From: Silvanigrellaceae bacterium
GTDB taxonomy: Bacteria > Bdellovibrionota_B > Oligoflexia > Silvanigrellales > Silvanigrellaceae
Direction of reading: 5' to 3'
NCBI GenBank assembly: GCA_049423385.1
Contig: JBMSQQ010000077.1
Coordinates: 1-16,251, forward strand
DNA: 16,251 nt
Shown: piece by piece, positions 7,945-16,251 of the stretch
Position numbering within the stretch: position 1 is the stretch's first letter
Layout: each line of letters opens with the position of its first letter
Translations under genes and position numbers: made by a program
Notes under the pieces: generated by a model
Databases searched by the model: none
Told to the model about the DNA's origin: nothing
What the model saw: the letters and a program-made list of their open reading frames with translations, nothing else

Positions 7945-8469
7945 TCAGAGTTTCTTGAATTCGCCGCGACGATTCTTTGAATAAGCGGCCTCATCGTGGC
8001 CTTCCACTGCAGGGCGCTCTTCACCGTAGCTGATTGTTGTGAATGTACCCGATGGCACACCTTCTGCAGTCAACGCGTCCTGGATTGCACGAGCCCGCTT
8101 TTCACCCAAAGCGAGGTTGTACTCGTTGGAGCCGCGCTCATCGCAGTGACCTTCAATTTGAACCTTGATGGGTGCGCCCTTGTTGGCCTTGACGACCGCA
8201 GCGAGCTTCCTGAGTTTGTCAGCTTCGGAAGCCTTGACGGTGAAGCTGTCGAAGTCGAAATAAACAGTTTCTGAAGCAAATTCAGCAGTGTCCAGAACTG
8301 TCGGTGCCGTAGCAGGAGCCGGGGTTGCCACTGGGGCTGCAGCCACCGGAGCGGCAGCAGCTGCTGCTTTGGTGTCTTGAAGTGTGGGCTCTGGTGCCTT
8401 CTTTTTGGAACAAGCCACAGCTGCCATCGCAACCGAACAGAGCGCAACATGGCGAAGAATCGATGCCAT
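7945..8469 (-). CDS. pal: Peptidoglycan-associated lipoprotein Pal (OmpA-like domain), 174 aa
   Basis: VYFDFDS, IEGHCDERGSNEYNLALGEKRA, ISYGEERP and KNRR motifs, with lipobox AVA-C. The GAGGAG SD supports a start at 8469 rather than the 8619 given in the ORF track. Confidence 0.93.
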   Translation of the reverse strand: MASILRHVALCSVAMAAVACSKKKAPEPTLQDTKAAAAAAPVAAAPVATPAPATAPTVLDTAEFASETVYFDFDSFTVKASEADKLRKLAAVVKANKGAPIKVQIEGHCDERGSNEYNLALGEKRARAIQDALTAEGVPSGTFTTISYGEERPAVEGHDEAAYSKNRRGEFKKL

Positions 8470-8611
8470 AAACGAATACTCCTCAATGAAACGGCGGCAC
8501 ATGTGCTCCCCAGGTATCCTGAAGTAAGCCAAAGATCTCTGTGCCATAAGTCCTGAGTTTGAAACTATTCCACAAGCTGAATTTGTCAACTGGATAGGGT
8601 CACTTTGTGAC

Positions 8612-8640
8612 TTGCCCACCGGATGGTTCTGGTGTATCGA
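8612..8640 (+). promoter_or_regulatory. Possible sigma70-type promoter for rplY-pth
   Basis: TTGCCC-N17-TATCGA about 50 nt upstream of the start codon. Only a partial match to consensus. Confidence 0.25.
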
Positions 8641-8691
8641 CGGGGTTCACTTGAGCTGTCTCGCCTTGAGGCACGTCACCGGAGTCGTAAT

Positions 8692-9234
8692 ATGTCAACA
8701 GAATCAATCAAAATCACTGCCCAGGCTCGTACCCTGTCGACCAAGGGCGCCCTGCGCGAAATGCGCGCCAACGGTCTTCTTCCGGCCACTGTTTTCGGTA
8801 AAAGTGGTACCAAAAACATTGCAATCCCGGTGAAGAACCTTCCGAAGAAGCATACCCGCTCTGCGCTCGTAAGTCTCGACGTTGAAGGCAAAGCGTTCAC
8901 GGTCCTGATGAGAGATGTTCAAGTCGACCCTCTGAGCGATGCGCCTATTCACATGGACTTTCAGGAAGTGGCTCCGAACGAAATCGTGAAGGCAAAGATC
9001 CCACTCAACTTCATTGGCCTGACCCGTGAGCAAGAGAAAGAAGGGTCATTCAAGGTTTTGATTCGTTCACTGCTCGTCAAGGGTCCGGCAAACAAACTGC
9101 CTGAAACCCTGTCGGTGAACGTCGGCAACTTGAAGGTCGATGAGTCCGCACACGTCAATGACCTCACCTTCCCAGAAGGCGTCAAGTTGGCTTCGGCGAA
9201 AAACCTCGCACTTGCCTCTTTGGTGCGTTTCTAA
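8692..9234 (+). CDS. rplY: 50S ribosomal protein bL25 (Ctc/TL5 two-domain form), 180 aa
   Basis: R...KGALREMRANGLLPATVFG, LMRDVQVDP....IHMDF and LPETLSVNVGNL....SAHVNDL motifs. GGAG SD at 8681-8684. Directly upstream of pth. Confidence 0.95.
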   Translation: MSTESIKITAQARTLSTKGALREMRANGLLPATVFGKSGTKNIAIPVKNLPKKHTRSALVSLDVEGKAFTVLMRDVQVDPLSDAPIHMDFQEVAPNEIVKAKIPLNFIGLTREQEKEGSFKVLIRSLLVKGPANKLPETLSVNVGNLKVDESAHVNDLTFPEGVKLASAKNLALASLVRF

Positions 9235-9240
9235 TCGTTT

Positions 9241-9774
9241 ATGCACTTGGTTGTTGGCCTGGGCAATCCAGGCACCCAGTATGAGCTCACGCGTCACAAC
9301 GTGGGCTTTATGTTTTTGGATGAGTTGGCCGAAGCATGCGGCCAGCACTTCAACCAGACCAAGTTCAACGCCCTCACGTGCCGTGTTCGGTGGAAAGGGC
9401 ATGACCTGCTTCTCATCAAGCCACAGACGTTCATGAACCTCTCAGGAGGTTCGGTGCTTGAGGCTGTCCAATTTTACAAACTGGAACCTAAATCCGTGAT
9501 CGTGGTTTTTGATGACCTCGACCAGACCCCTGGAGCCGTGCGCTTGCGCGCAGGCGGTGGTCACGGTGGTCACAATGGCGTGCGTGACATCCTGGCCCGC
9601 TGGGGGCAGGATGCCTTTTACAGATTGAAAATCGGAATCGGAAAACCCGAGCACAAAACTGCGGTGGTTGGTCATGTGCTCGGGAAATTCAATTCGACGG
9701 AAATGGATGAATTGAAGCAAACAACCTTCAAAACTGCTCAAGAGCGACTTCTGGACATCCTCAAGCGCTCCTGA
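9241..9774 (+). CDS. pth: Peptidyl-tRNA hydrolase
   Basis: LVVGLGNPG..Y..TRHNVGF, KPQTFMNLSG, DDLD, GGHNG and RLKIGIGKP motifs. Confidence 0.98.
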   Translation: MHLVVGLGNPGTQYELTRHNVGFMFLDELAEACGQHFNQTKFNALTCRVRWKGHDLLLIKPQTFMNLSGGSVLEAVQFYKLEPKSVIVVFDDLDQTPGAVRLRAGGGHGGHNGVRDILARWGQDAFYRLKIGIGKPEHKTAVVGHVLGKFNSTEMDELKQTTFKTAQERLLDILKRS

Positions 9775-9839
9775 GATCCTTTTGATTCAAGAATAAAACG
9801 AAGAAATAAAGACTCTGGAATAGACACGGAACCCAAGAG

Positions 9840-11465
9840 TCATCGACCGCGCAGTCGAGCCAAGGCTGGAGTCACATATTTTTTGAATTGCTCGGGGCTC
9901 ATTCTTTTTCGCTCCCGTTCAAAAGCCTGCTGCTGAAGCGGGGTCAAAGATTCATAAAACTCAGCGACACACATGAGAAAGTCATCATCACTCCAGACAC
10001 CCACTTTGCTTGAAACAGGGCGGGTTGAAGACTTCGGCTGCGCCACTGGCTGAGCAGGAGTAATCTCAACCGCAGGAACAAAGGAAGACTGCGACGACGA
10101 CGCCCCTTGAACAAATACATCCGCAGAAGCAACCAATCTGGAGCTTCGCATCGGAGGAGCAACGACAGTACCCTGCACCAGAGCTTCGCCTTTACCCATC
10201 GCATCACGTTTGTTCACCACTTCTGCGCTGGGCGACGGGGCTACGCGGGGCGACGGGGTTTCGATTTCAGCCGAGACTGGCCCCAACACCACCTGGGATG
10301 CACCGGCCAACTGTCGATCCTGACACGCCTCTGCCCTAAAAATCTGCGAAAGCGCCTGCTCAAATTGAACCGCATCCATTGCGTGCTGGGACATCCGCCA
10401 GCAATGAACGACACCTGCATCAGCCTGTCTGGGAGAACGGCTGACAAGATTCCGGACTCTTTCCTTGGGTGCTTCGTTCTCCCAACTCAATAATCCGTGA
10501 TCGTAGAACGACTGGGCACGCGCCAAATGCTCTTTGTGCATCTTGGCAATCTCTTTGACCCCCATCGCCCTTCCGCGCCACACACCCTCAGGACTCGAGA
10601 ACTCCGTCATGGACGACTGGCTTGCTGACTTCATCAATTCGATCGACAGATAAGAACACAACTTTTTGGGCGACACGGCCCGACTCAATGCCTGAAGTAC
10701 ATCCGGCTGCAAACTGACAACCGATGCTTCGAGCCTGTTTGGAAGAACAGAACCATCGTCCAGACTTTTCTCTGCGCCTCTCAACGACGACGGCAGGAGT
10801 TCTTCATGATCCTCGTTGAAAAGTCTGCGAGGATCCCTGGAAAACGAAACAAAAAGTGTATCGTCGGTTCCTTCTTTCAAAACAACATTTTCAATCACCT
10901 GAACGTGTCCAACCGCTTCAAGAACCATTTGGGGCAGCTGCGACGAACCAGAACGCGCGCGTCTTGAACCTGGCCTTGATGCAGTTGTTTTCACTTTTTG
11001 CACGCGCAGTGCAGAACTCAAATATTCGGTCACAAATGAACGCTGCGCAACAATTTCGGACGAAGTCCCACGGAGAATGCGTGAGAGTTCGAGTTCCACC
11101 ACAAAGTCGCTTTCAACCTGGCCAGAAGAAAGTTTTGCGAAGATTTCTGTCCACATCTGAACGACAATTGGAAAAGTCTTGACCGACACAGGCGGCCCAC
11201 TCAAAACCCAATCGCCGTCATTCAGCGTGAGCTGCAGTGCCAGTTGATCTGCATCCTTGCTCAGCCATTGGGTCATGACTCCAATCAACCACCAACGCGG
11301 GCAAATCAAACGTTTACGAAGTGCATAAGCAGCTGCATCCAGAGATTTTGGAAAAGCATGAGCAGGCAGAGCAAAGTCACCGACGGTCGTGGTCAACGAC
11401 CGGTTGGACTTTGCCGTGCTTTCCGCAGCGCTTGGTGCGCTATGATAGAAACGCTCGACTCGCAT
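9840..11465 (-). CDS. Hypothetical protein, 541 aa; possible divergent winged-helix replication-initiator-like protein
   Basis: Long ORF starting 8 nt after the ribE stop. No signal peptide. The confidence refers to the CDS itself; the initiator-like call is much weaker (see findings). Confidence 0.82.
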   Translation of the reverse strand: MRVERFYHSAPSAAESTAKSNRSLTTTVGDFALPAHAFPKSLDAAAYALRKRLICPRWWLIGVMTQWLSKDADQLALQLTLNDGDWVLSGPPVSVKTFPIVVQMWTEIFAKLSSGQVESDFVVELELSRILRGTSSEIVAQRSFVTEYLSSALRVQKVKTTASRPGSRRARSGSSQLPQMVLEAVGHVQVIENVVLKEGTDDTLFVSFSRDPRRLFNEDHEELLPSSLRGAEKSLDDGSVLPNRLEASVVSLQPDVLQALSRAVSPKKLCSYLSIELMKSASQSSMTEFSSPEGVWRGRAMGVKEIAKMHKEHLARAQSFYDHGLLSWENEAPKERVRNLVSRSPRQADAGVVHCWRMSQHAMDAVQFEQALSQIFRAEACQDRQLAGASQVVLGPVSAEIETPSPRVAPSPSAEVVNKRDAMGKGEALVQGTVVAPPMRSSRLVASADVFVQGASSSQSSFVPAVEITPAQPVAQPKSSTRPVSSKVGVWSDDDFLMCVAEFYESLTPLQQQAFERERKRMSPEQFKKYVTPALARLRGR

Positions 11466-11473
11466 TCCGAATT

Positions 11474-12142
11474 TCAGCTCTTTTTCAACGATGTTTTGAG
11501 ATGTTCTGCTATCATGACCTTGAGCAGGTTCGCAACCAATTTCGCCTGCGAATCGAACTCCAATTCGACCCTGGACCCAACCCGCAAGTTTCTTAGGTTA
11601 GTTTGCGAGAGTGTGTGAGGAATAAGCATTATCTCTACCCAGGAAGTTTGCGACTCAACCGCGCAATCGGCAATGGTCAAGGAAACTCCAGCAATTGCAA
11701 TTGAGCCCTTTTTTACGACGAAATTGGAAAATTCATTTTCAAAGGCAACCCTCAATCGCCAAAATCCATCTGCTGTCGCCTCATTCGTCATCACGATACC
11801 GAGCGTGTCAATATGCCCAGTGACAGTGTGACCACCCAAAGGATCTCCCATGCGCAAAGCTGGCTCAAGATTGACAAGTTCGCCGGCTCCCAAAAAATCC
11901 GATGAACCGAAACGAGTCAAAGAAAGTGTCTGGGGTCCCGCCTCGACAAAAAACAATCGACAGGGCTCGACTTCTTTTGATGAAGTTTGAACAACCGTCA
12001 GACACGCGCCATTGCAAGCCACGCTGGCACCAATTTCCAAATCTTTTGAATCGAGTTTTGTTTCAATTGAAAACAGCGCAGAATCTGCGCGTTTTTGCCA
12101 AGAGCGGACGACGCCAACATCGCGAATCAGACCGGTAAACAC
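11474..12142 (-). CDS. ribE: Riboflavin synthase (alpha chain)
   Basis: A GTG start at 12142 gives the conserved N-terminus MFTGLI and has an AAGGAGG SD 5 nt upstream. GASVACNGACLTV, VNLEPAL..GDPLGGHTVTGHID, KGSIAIAGVSLT and LIPHT motifs. Called ribC in E. coli nomenclature. Confidence 0.97.
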   Translation of the reverse strand: MFTGLIRDVGVVRSWQKRADSALFSIETKLDSKDLEIGASVACNGACLTVVQTSSKEVEPCRLFFVEAGPQTLSLTRFGSSDFLGAGELVNLEPALRMGDPLGGHTVTGHIDTLGIVMTNEATADGFWRLRVAFENEFSNFVVKKGSIAIAGVSLTIADCAVESQTSWVEIMLIPHTLSQTNLRNLRVGSRVELEFDSQAKLVANLLKVMIAEHLKTSLKKS

Positions 12143-12180
12143 CCTAGCCTCCTTCATCCATAAAGGACAGGCCGCTATGT

Positions 12181-12684
12181 TTACTGAACCACGTCGGAGT
12201 TCTCAAGATCTCCCTGAAACTTATTGAAGCGCGAATTTTGCGCAAGACGCTGAAGCTCACGAACAAAATCTTCAGGGTCGGAAAAAGCGCGATAGACAGA
12301 TGCAAAACGCACGTAGGCAACAGGATCAAGATGGCGCAAAACGTCGAGCACCAGTTCTCCAATGACCTGGGAAGTGATTTCACGGTCGTCACGTTGGCTT
12401 GCCGTCAATTCAACGTAATCGGCAATGCCTTCCAGTTCCTTGGCACTCACCGCTCGCTTCTGACAAGCGACACTCATGCTGCGCAAAAGCTTCTGTCTGT
12501 CAAAGGGTTCGCGCGAACCATCGCGCTTGACGACGTAGACAGGCAATTCCTCGGAGCGCTCAAAGGTCGTGAAACGGTAATTGCAATGCTGACACTCTCG
12601 CCGACGTCGCACGGTCAAACCATCCTTGCTCTCTCGGCTCTCAAGGACTTTGGTTTCTTCGCTTTTACACTGTCTGCACTTCAT
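12181..12684 (-). CDS. nrdR: Transcriptional repressor NrdR
   Basis: Zinc ribbon CRQC...RRRRECQHCNYRFTTFE, ATP-cone VVKRDGSREPFDRQKL and DPVAYVRFASVYR. Confidence 0.98.
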   Translation of the reverse strand: MKCRQCKSEETKVLESRESKDGLTVRRRRECQHCNYRFTTFERSEELPVYVVKRDGSREPFDRQKLLRSMSVACQKRAVSAKELEGIADYVELTASQRDDREITSQVIGELVLDVLRHLDPVAYVRFASVYRAFSDPEDFVRELQRLAQNSRFNKFQGDLENSDVVQ

Positions 12685-12717
12685 CTGTTACCCCCCAAGG
12701 GTGACACAGCGCCCAGT

Positions 12718-14010
12718 TCAGATTTTCGGGAGCGAGTATCCTGACGACGAAAACACCCCGTCGTACAGCGGGTACTTATGGCACAACTTGCTGACAATTG
12801 TCGACGCCTGAGGCATTTTGTCTTCACCGGCTTCCAAGGCAAAGCTGATGGCTTGTCCCAAGTCATTCATATCCTGAGGCTTTAGCCCCCTGGTTGTGAT
12901 TGCCGGAGTGCCAATTCGAATGCCACTGGTGACCATAGGCTTGCGGGTTTCTCCCGGGACTGTGTTTTTGTTCACAGTCAGGCCGATACGACCCAGCCGT
13001 TCTTCGCCATCCTTCCCACTCAGCGTCGATTCGCGCAGGTCGATGAGCATCAGGTGATTGTCTGTGCCACCAGAGACCAACTTGAGACCATTGGAAGTCA
13101 GAACTTCTGCGAGCGCCTTCGCGTTTGCAACAACAGCTTCGGAGTAGGTTTTGAATTCGGGCGACAATGCTTCACCCAATGCAACAGCTTTGGCACCAAT
13201 CACATGCATCAAAGGACCACCCTGAATACCCGGGAAAACGGCCTTGTCGATTGCTTTGGCATGCTCGGACTTGCACAGAATCAGACCGCCGCGCGGACCA
13301 CGCAGAGTCTTGTGAGTGGTAGTTGTCACAAAGTCAGCGAAGGGCACAGGACTGGGGTGGACTCCAGCGGCAACCAGGCCAGCGATATGAGCCATGTCAA
13401 CCAACAGAAGCGCACCAACTTCGGAAGCGATTTCCCGGAAAGCCGCAAAATCAATCACCCGAGGATAGGCACTCGCGCCCGCGATGAGCAGTTTGGGTTT
13501 TACAATTTTCGCTTGCTTGCGGATTTCTTCGTAATCCAGACGTCCGTCTGTTTCACGGACACCGTAGAATTCGGCCTTGTAAACAAGACCAGACATGTTC
13601 ACAGGAGAGCCGTGGGTCAAATGACCACCGTGCGAGAGATTCATGCCCAAAATCGCATCACCGGGCTTCAGACAGGACAAAAACACCGCCTGATTTGCCT
13701 GGGCGCCGCTGTGAGGCTGCACATTGACGTGCTCTGCACCAAACAACAACTTTGCCCGCTCGATGGCGAGGGATTCAACTCCATCCACACATTCGCAGCC
13801 GCCGTAATAGCGCTTGCCCGGGTAACCCTCTGCATATTTGTTGCTCAACACGCTGCTGAGGGCAGCAAGAACTGCGGGGCTGGCAACATTCTCGGATGCA
13901 ATCAGTTCAAGCCCTTCGGACAATCTGTTCGCTTCCGCAGCCAGCAGCTTCGCAACTGCTGGATCACTTTCTGCAAGAATGGCTCGCTTTGTCGCAAGAA
14001 TTTGATTCAT
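12718..14010 (-). CDS. glyA: Serine hydroxymethyltransferase
   Basis: [42 protein letters not shown]-lysine motif [12 protein letters not shown] and SGIRIGTPA. Start placed at ATG 14010, which follows an AAAGGGAAG SD and avoids overlap with rpiB. Confidence 0.99.
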   Translation of the reverse strand: MNQILATKRAILAESDPAVAKLLAAEANRLSEGLELIASENVASPAVLAALSSVLSNKYAEGYPGKRYYGGCECVDGVESLAIERAKLLFGAEHVNVQPHSGAQANQAVFLSCLKPGDAILGMNLSHGGHLTHGSPVNMSGLVYKAEFYGVRETDGRLDYEEIRKQAKIVKPKLLIAGASAYPRVIDFAAFREIASEVGALLLVDMAHIAGLVAAGVHPSPVPFADFVTTTTHKTLRGPRGGLILCKSEHAKAIDKAVFPGIQGGPLMHVIGAKAVALGEALSPEFKTYSEAVVANAKALAEVLTSNGLKLVSGGTDNHLMLIDLRESTLSGKDGEERLGRIGLTVNKNTVPGETRKPMVTSGIRIGTPAITTRGLKPQDMNDLGQAISFALEAGEDKMPQASTIVSKLCHKYPLYDGVFSSSGYSLPKI

Positions 14011-14032
14011 GTTGAGATTCTTCCCTTTCAAT

Positions 14033-14515
14033 TCAGCGGTGCTGATCAGAGCCGGTCGCAAAAGATGAAAGTCGCTTTTCAATCGTGCCGATTTTGTTCA
14101 AGCGGGCACGATGGCGTCCCTCTTCGAATTCTGTTGTGAGCCAAATTTTCACAAAGTCGACCGCACGTTGATGATTGATGGTTCTGGCACCCAGACAAAG
14201 CACATTGGAGTCGTTGTGTGCACGGCTCATTCGGGCGGTGAACTCATCAAAAACCTGCGCTCCCCGGACACCGGGAAATTTGTTGGCCGAAATACACATG
14301 CCAATGCCGGTTCCACAAATCAGAATCCCCCGATCAACCCGTCCGCTTGCAACTTCGGAACCAACGATATCGGCGTAATCGGGATAATCGACCGAACCGA
14401 CGGAGTCGGCCGCGACACCGTAGTCGAGGATCTCGTGGCTGGTGAGATTCAAAAATTCGAGAATGTAAGACTTGAGTTCTTTACCGGCGTGATCAGACGC
14501 AACAGCAATTTTCAT
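14033..14515 (-). CDS. rpiB: Ribose 5-phosphate isomerase B
   Basis: [46 protein letters not shown] and FEEGRH..R motifs. Alternative start at 14521. Confidence 0.97.
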   Translation of the reverse strand: MKIAVASDHAGKELKSYILEFLNLTSHEILDYGVAADSVGSVDYPDYADIVGSEVASGRVDRGILICGTGIGMCISANKFPGVRGAQVFDEFTARMSRAHNDSNVLCLGARTINHQRAVDFVKIWLTTEFEEGRHRARLNKIGTIEKRLSSFATGSDQHR

Positions 14516-14543
14516 GAGCATTCATCCGTGAAAAATAGTTTCC

Positions 14544-14574
14544 AAAAGCGAAAAGGCACCCGAAGGTGCCCTTT
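14544..14574 (-). terminator. Intrinsic terminator downstream of acpP
   Basis: Minus strand reads GGCACC-TTCG-GGTGCC (a cUUCGg tetraloop hairpin, 14555-14570) followed by TTTTCGCTTTT, just after the acpP stop. Confidence 0.85.
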
Positions 14575-14581
14575 GTGTTTC

Positions 14582-14821
14582 TTAGAGTTTGCTGCCGATG
14601 AACTTGACAGCATCACCGACTGTTTTGAGCCTTTCCGATTCTTCATCGGAAATGCTTTGACCGAACTCTTCTTCGATCTCCATCAGAAGTTCCACAATGT
14701 CCAAAGAGTCTGCGCCGAGGTCTTCCTGGAAACGTGACGTTGCCGAAACGTTTTTTTCCTCGATGTTCAGCTTTTCTGCCACAATCTTGATGACTTTTGC
14801 CTCCACAGTCTTGCTGTCCAT
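14582..14821 (-). CDS. acpP: Acyl carrier protein
   Basis: DLGADSLDIVELLMEIEEEF phosphopantetheine site, 79 aa and acidic, with an AAGGAGG SD. Confidence 0.98.
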   Translation of the reverse strand: MDSKTVEAKVIKIVAEKLNIEEKNVSATSRFQEDLGADSLDIVELLMEIEEEFGQSISDEESERLKTVGDAVKFIGSKL

Positions 14822-14859
14822 GTGGAATCCTCCTTTTCATTAAGTGAATCGACCCGCCC

Positions 14860-14888
14860 TCAATACCAAAGGACCGTCTCAAAATCAA
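14860..14888 (-). promoter_or_regulatory. Possible sigma70-type promoter for acpP
   Basis: Minus strand TTGATT-N17-TATTGA with a TGn extended -10, about 40 nt upstream of the ATG. Confidence 0.35.
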
Positions 14889-14961
14889 CGCACTCTAGTG
14901 ATCTGATTTATTTCGTTTATACTGAACCCATAGCCAGCGACGTTGGCCCAAGGGGGAAATC

Positions 14962-16128
14962 ATGCGCGTGGTATTGGCGCTCGACAAATTCAAGGGCACG
15001 CTCACATCTCAACAGGCAAACGAATGCCTTGCCGAAGGCATTCGCCAGCGCAATCCAAAGATTGAGGTCACCATCAGAGCCATGGCTGATGGGGGTGATG
15101 GTACTGCGGCGACTTTGACCACCTACATGGGACTTGAGGCCATGCGGGTTGAAGTGCCGGACCTTTACGGCAAACCCACGGATGGTCACATCTACTGGCA
15201 CAACAGCAGAAGAATTGCCGTCATTGAAACAGCAGAACTCCTGGGCAGCGCGCGGGCTGTTGCACATCGGAGCGACACTCTGAAAGCGACAACAGCTGGC
15301 CTTGGACAGCTGATCAAGAGAGCATTCGACCTTCGTCCGAGCGAAATCTGGATTGCAGTCGGTGGCACCATGACCGTCGATGCCGGATGGGGAGTGGCGC
15401 AGGCATTTGGCTTGAGAGCTCAAGACAGCGATGGAATCGATGTTCAGGCTTCACTTGCAAATGCAGGCAATGTCAGTTTCATCACCCGACATCCGCTTCC
15501 CGAATTTATGATGAAAACAAAGATCGTTGCGCTCTGCGACGTACAGGCTCCGGTTTTCGGTCCCGATGTCCAGCTCGCCGATTTTCTACCCCAGAAAGGG
15601 GTTTCGTCAGATCAAATTCCATCCATTGAACACTCCATCAAAATGTTTTGGAGCCACCTGCAACGCTCAAACCCCTTTATTCCGAACCTTGAAAATCCGT
15701 TCACTGGTTCCGGAGGTGGTTTGTGTTTGGGCTTGGCTGCGATTTTTCCCAATTTTTCGATGGAACTGGGTGCCGCCAGGGTTGCACGCGTTGCGGCGCT
15801 GGCCCAGAGCTTCCAGGGCGCCGATTTGGTTGTCTGTGGCGAGGGATGTCTCGACAAACAGACGCTTTCAGGAAAGGCACCACAAGTGGTTGCCCGCATT
15901 GCAAAGGAACATGGCGTGCGTGTCGCCGGGGTTTTTGGCCGCATCACTGGTGATCAACATCAGCTTCTCAAGGAACTCGGCGTCAACGAATCTTTTGTCA
16001 TCACAGGCCAGCAACTGATGCATGCTTCCTCGGAACTGACAAAATTAAGCAAATCCCGATTCCATGAAATTGGAATTGAAATTGCACACCTGGTCGAAGC
16101 AAACGCGAAAAAACACACCAGACAGTAA
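14962..16128 (+). CDS. glxK: Glycerate kinase (GlxK/GarK family)
   Basis: VVLALDKFKGTL, MADGGDGT, GLGQLI, GGT.T.DAG.G, GSGGGL and DLVVCGEGCLDKQTLSGKAP motifs. AAGGGGG SD. Confidence 0.93.
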   Translation: MRVVLALDKFKGTLTSQQANECLAEGIRQRNPKIEVTIRAMADGGDGTAATLTTYMGLEAMRVEVPDLYGKPTDGHIYWHNSRRIAVIETAELLGSARAVAHRSDTLKATTAGLGQLIKRAFDLRPSEIWIAVGGTMTVDAGWGVAQAFGLRAQDSDGIDVQASLANAGNVSFITRHPLPEFMMKTKIVALCDVQAPVFGPDVQLADFLPQKGVSSDQIPSIEHSIKMFWSHLQRSNPFIPNLENPFTGSGGGLCLGLAAIFPNFSMELGAARVARVAALAQSFQGADLVVCGEGCLDKQTLSGKAPQVVARIAKEHGVRVAGVFGRITGDQHQLLKELGVNESFVITGQQLMHASSELTKLSKSRFHEIGIEIAHLVEANAKKHTRQ

Positions 16129-16138
16129 TGACAAACTA

Positions 16139-16249
16139 TCAGCGCCAAGCGAAAAGGAAACGACTGCGCTGAGTGTAGTCCTTGACGGAGAACCAGCAGT
16201 TGCGCGGGAATTCCCAGACAGGGCGCTGACACGCAACCGACAAAAATGG
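16139..16249 (-). CDS. Possible 3' end of a convergent gene entering from the right edge (…PVWEFPRNCWFSVKDYTQRSRFLFAWR*)
   Basis: Frame is open from the window edge and stops 10 nt from the glycerate kinase stop without overlap. It is too short to identify, and other frames are also open. Confidence 0.3.
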   Translation of the reverse strand, partial: PFLSVACQRPVWEFPRNCWFSVKDYTQRSRFLFAWR

Positions 16250-16251
16250 AT

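Noticed and set aside
8305..8370. Repetitive GCA/GCT/CCG-rich DNA
   Set aside because: It encodes the Ala/Pro linker of Pal and is not a DNA repeat element or CRISPR array.
8470..8691. N-terminal extensions given by the ORF track for pal (to 8619) and rplY (from 8623); likewise ribE (12157), glyA (14082) and lipoprotein B (5773)
   Set aside because: Downstream starts have better SD sequences and/or family-typical N-termini (signal peptide, MFTG) and avoid overlaps.
9775..9841. Terminator between convergent pth and the 541-aa gene
   Set aside because: Only a weak GACTCT/AGAGTC pairing with a large loop, which is not convincing.
13054..14139. 361-aa plus-strand ORF, and similar antisense ORFs at 12238-12744, 14111-14737, 1160-1681 and 3185-3685
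   Set aside because: They lie antisense to well-supported genes (glyA, nrdR, rpiB/acpP, jag, and mnmE/the 137-aa gene) or overlap them in another frame, and show no recognisable motifs. They are typical shadow ORFs.
16064..16251. Plus-strand frame open from ATG 16064 to the window end
   Set aside because: It overlaps the glycerate kinase by 65 nt, has no clear SD and no recognisable motif. It cannot be resolved without downstream sequence.

Overview
Bacterial chromosomal window. The gene orders (yidC-jag-mnmE; acpP-rpiB-glyA-nrdR-ribE) and the Cys-rich orphan lipoproteins suggest a Bdellovibrionota/Oligoflexia-like or other former-deltaproteobacterial lineage, which is inference only. Housekeeping genes: 3' end of yidC, jag/khpB, mnmE, pal, rplY, pth, ribE, nrdR, glyA, rpiB, acpP and a glycerate kinase. 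Three blocks are not explained by these. (1) A three-gene lipoprotein operon (4272-7910): two paralogues with a disulfide-rich FN3-like head, helical stalk and hydrophobic hairpin, plus a partner with duplicated coiled-coil/beta domains and a Trp/Gly loop closed by cysteines. This is a candidate surface-tethered, multi-component membrane-attack or adhesion system. (2) A divergently transcribed pair of small paralogous proteins with a KOW/SH3-like start (3254-4073). (3) A 541-aa orphan directly after nrdR-ribE whose motif order resembles plasmid-type winged-helix replication initiators. I saw no rRNA, tRNA, CRISPR array or recognisable mobile element. All calls come from motif recognition by eye, with no database searches.
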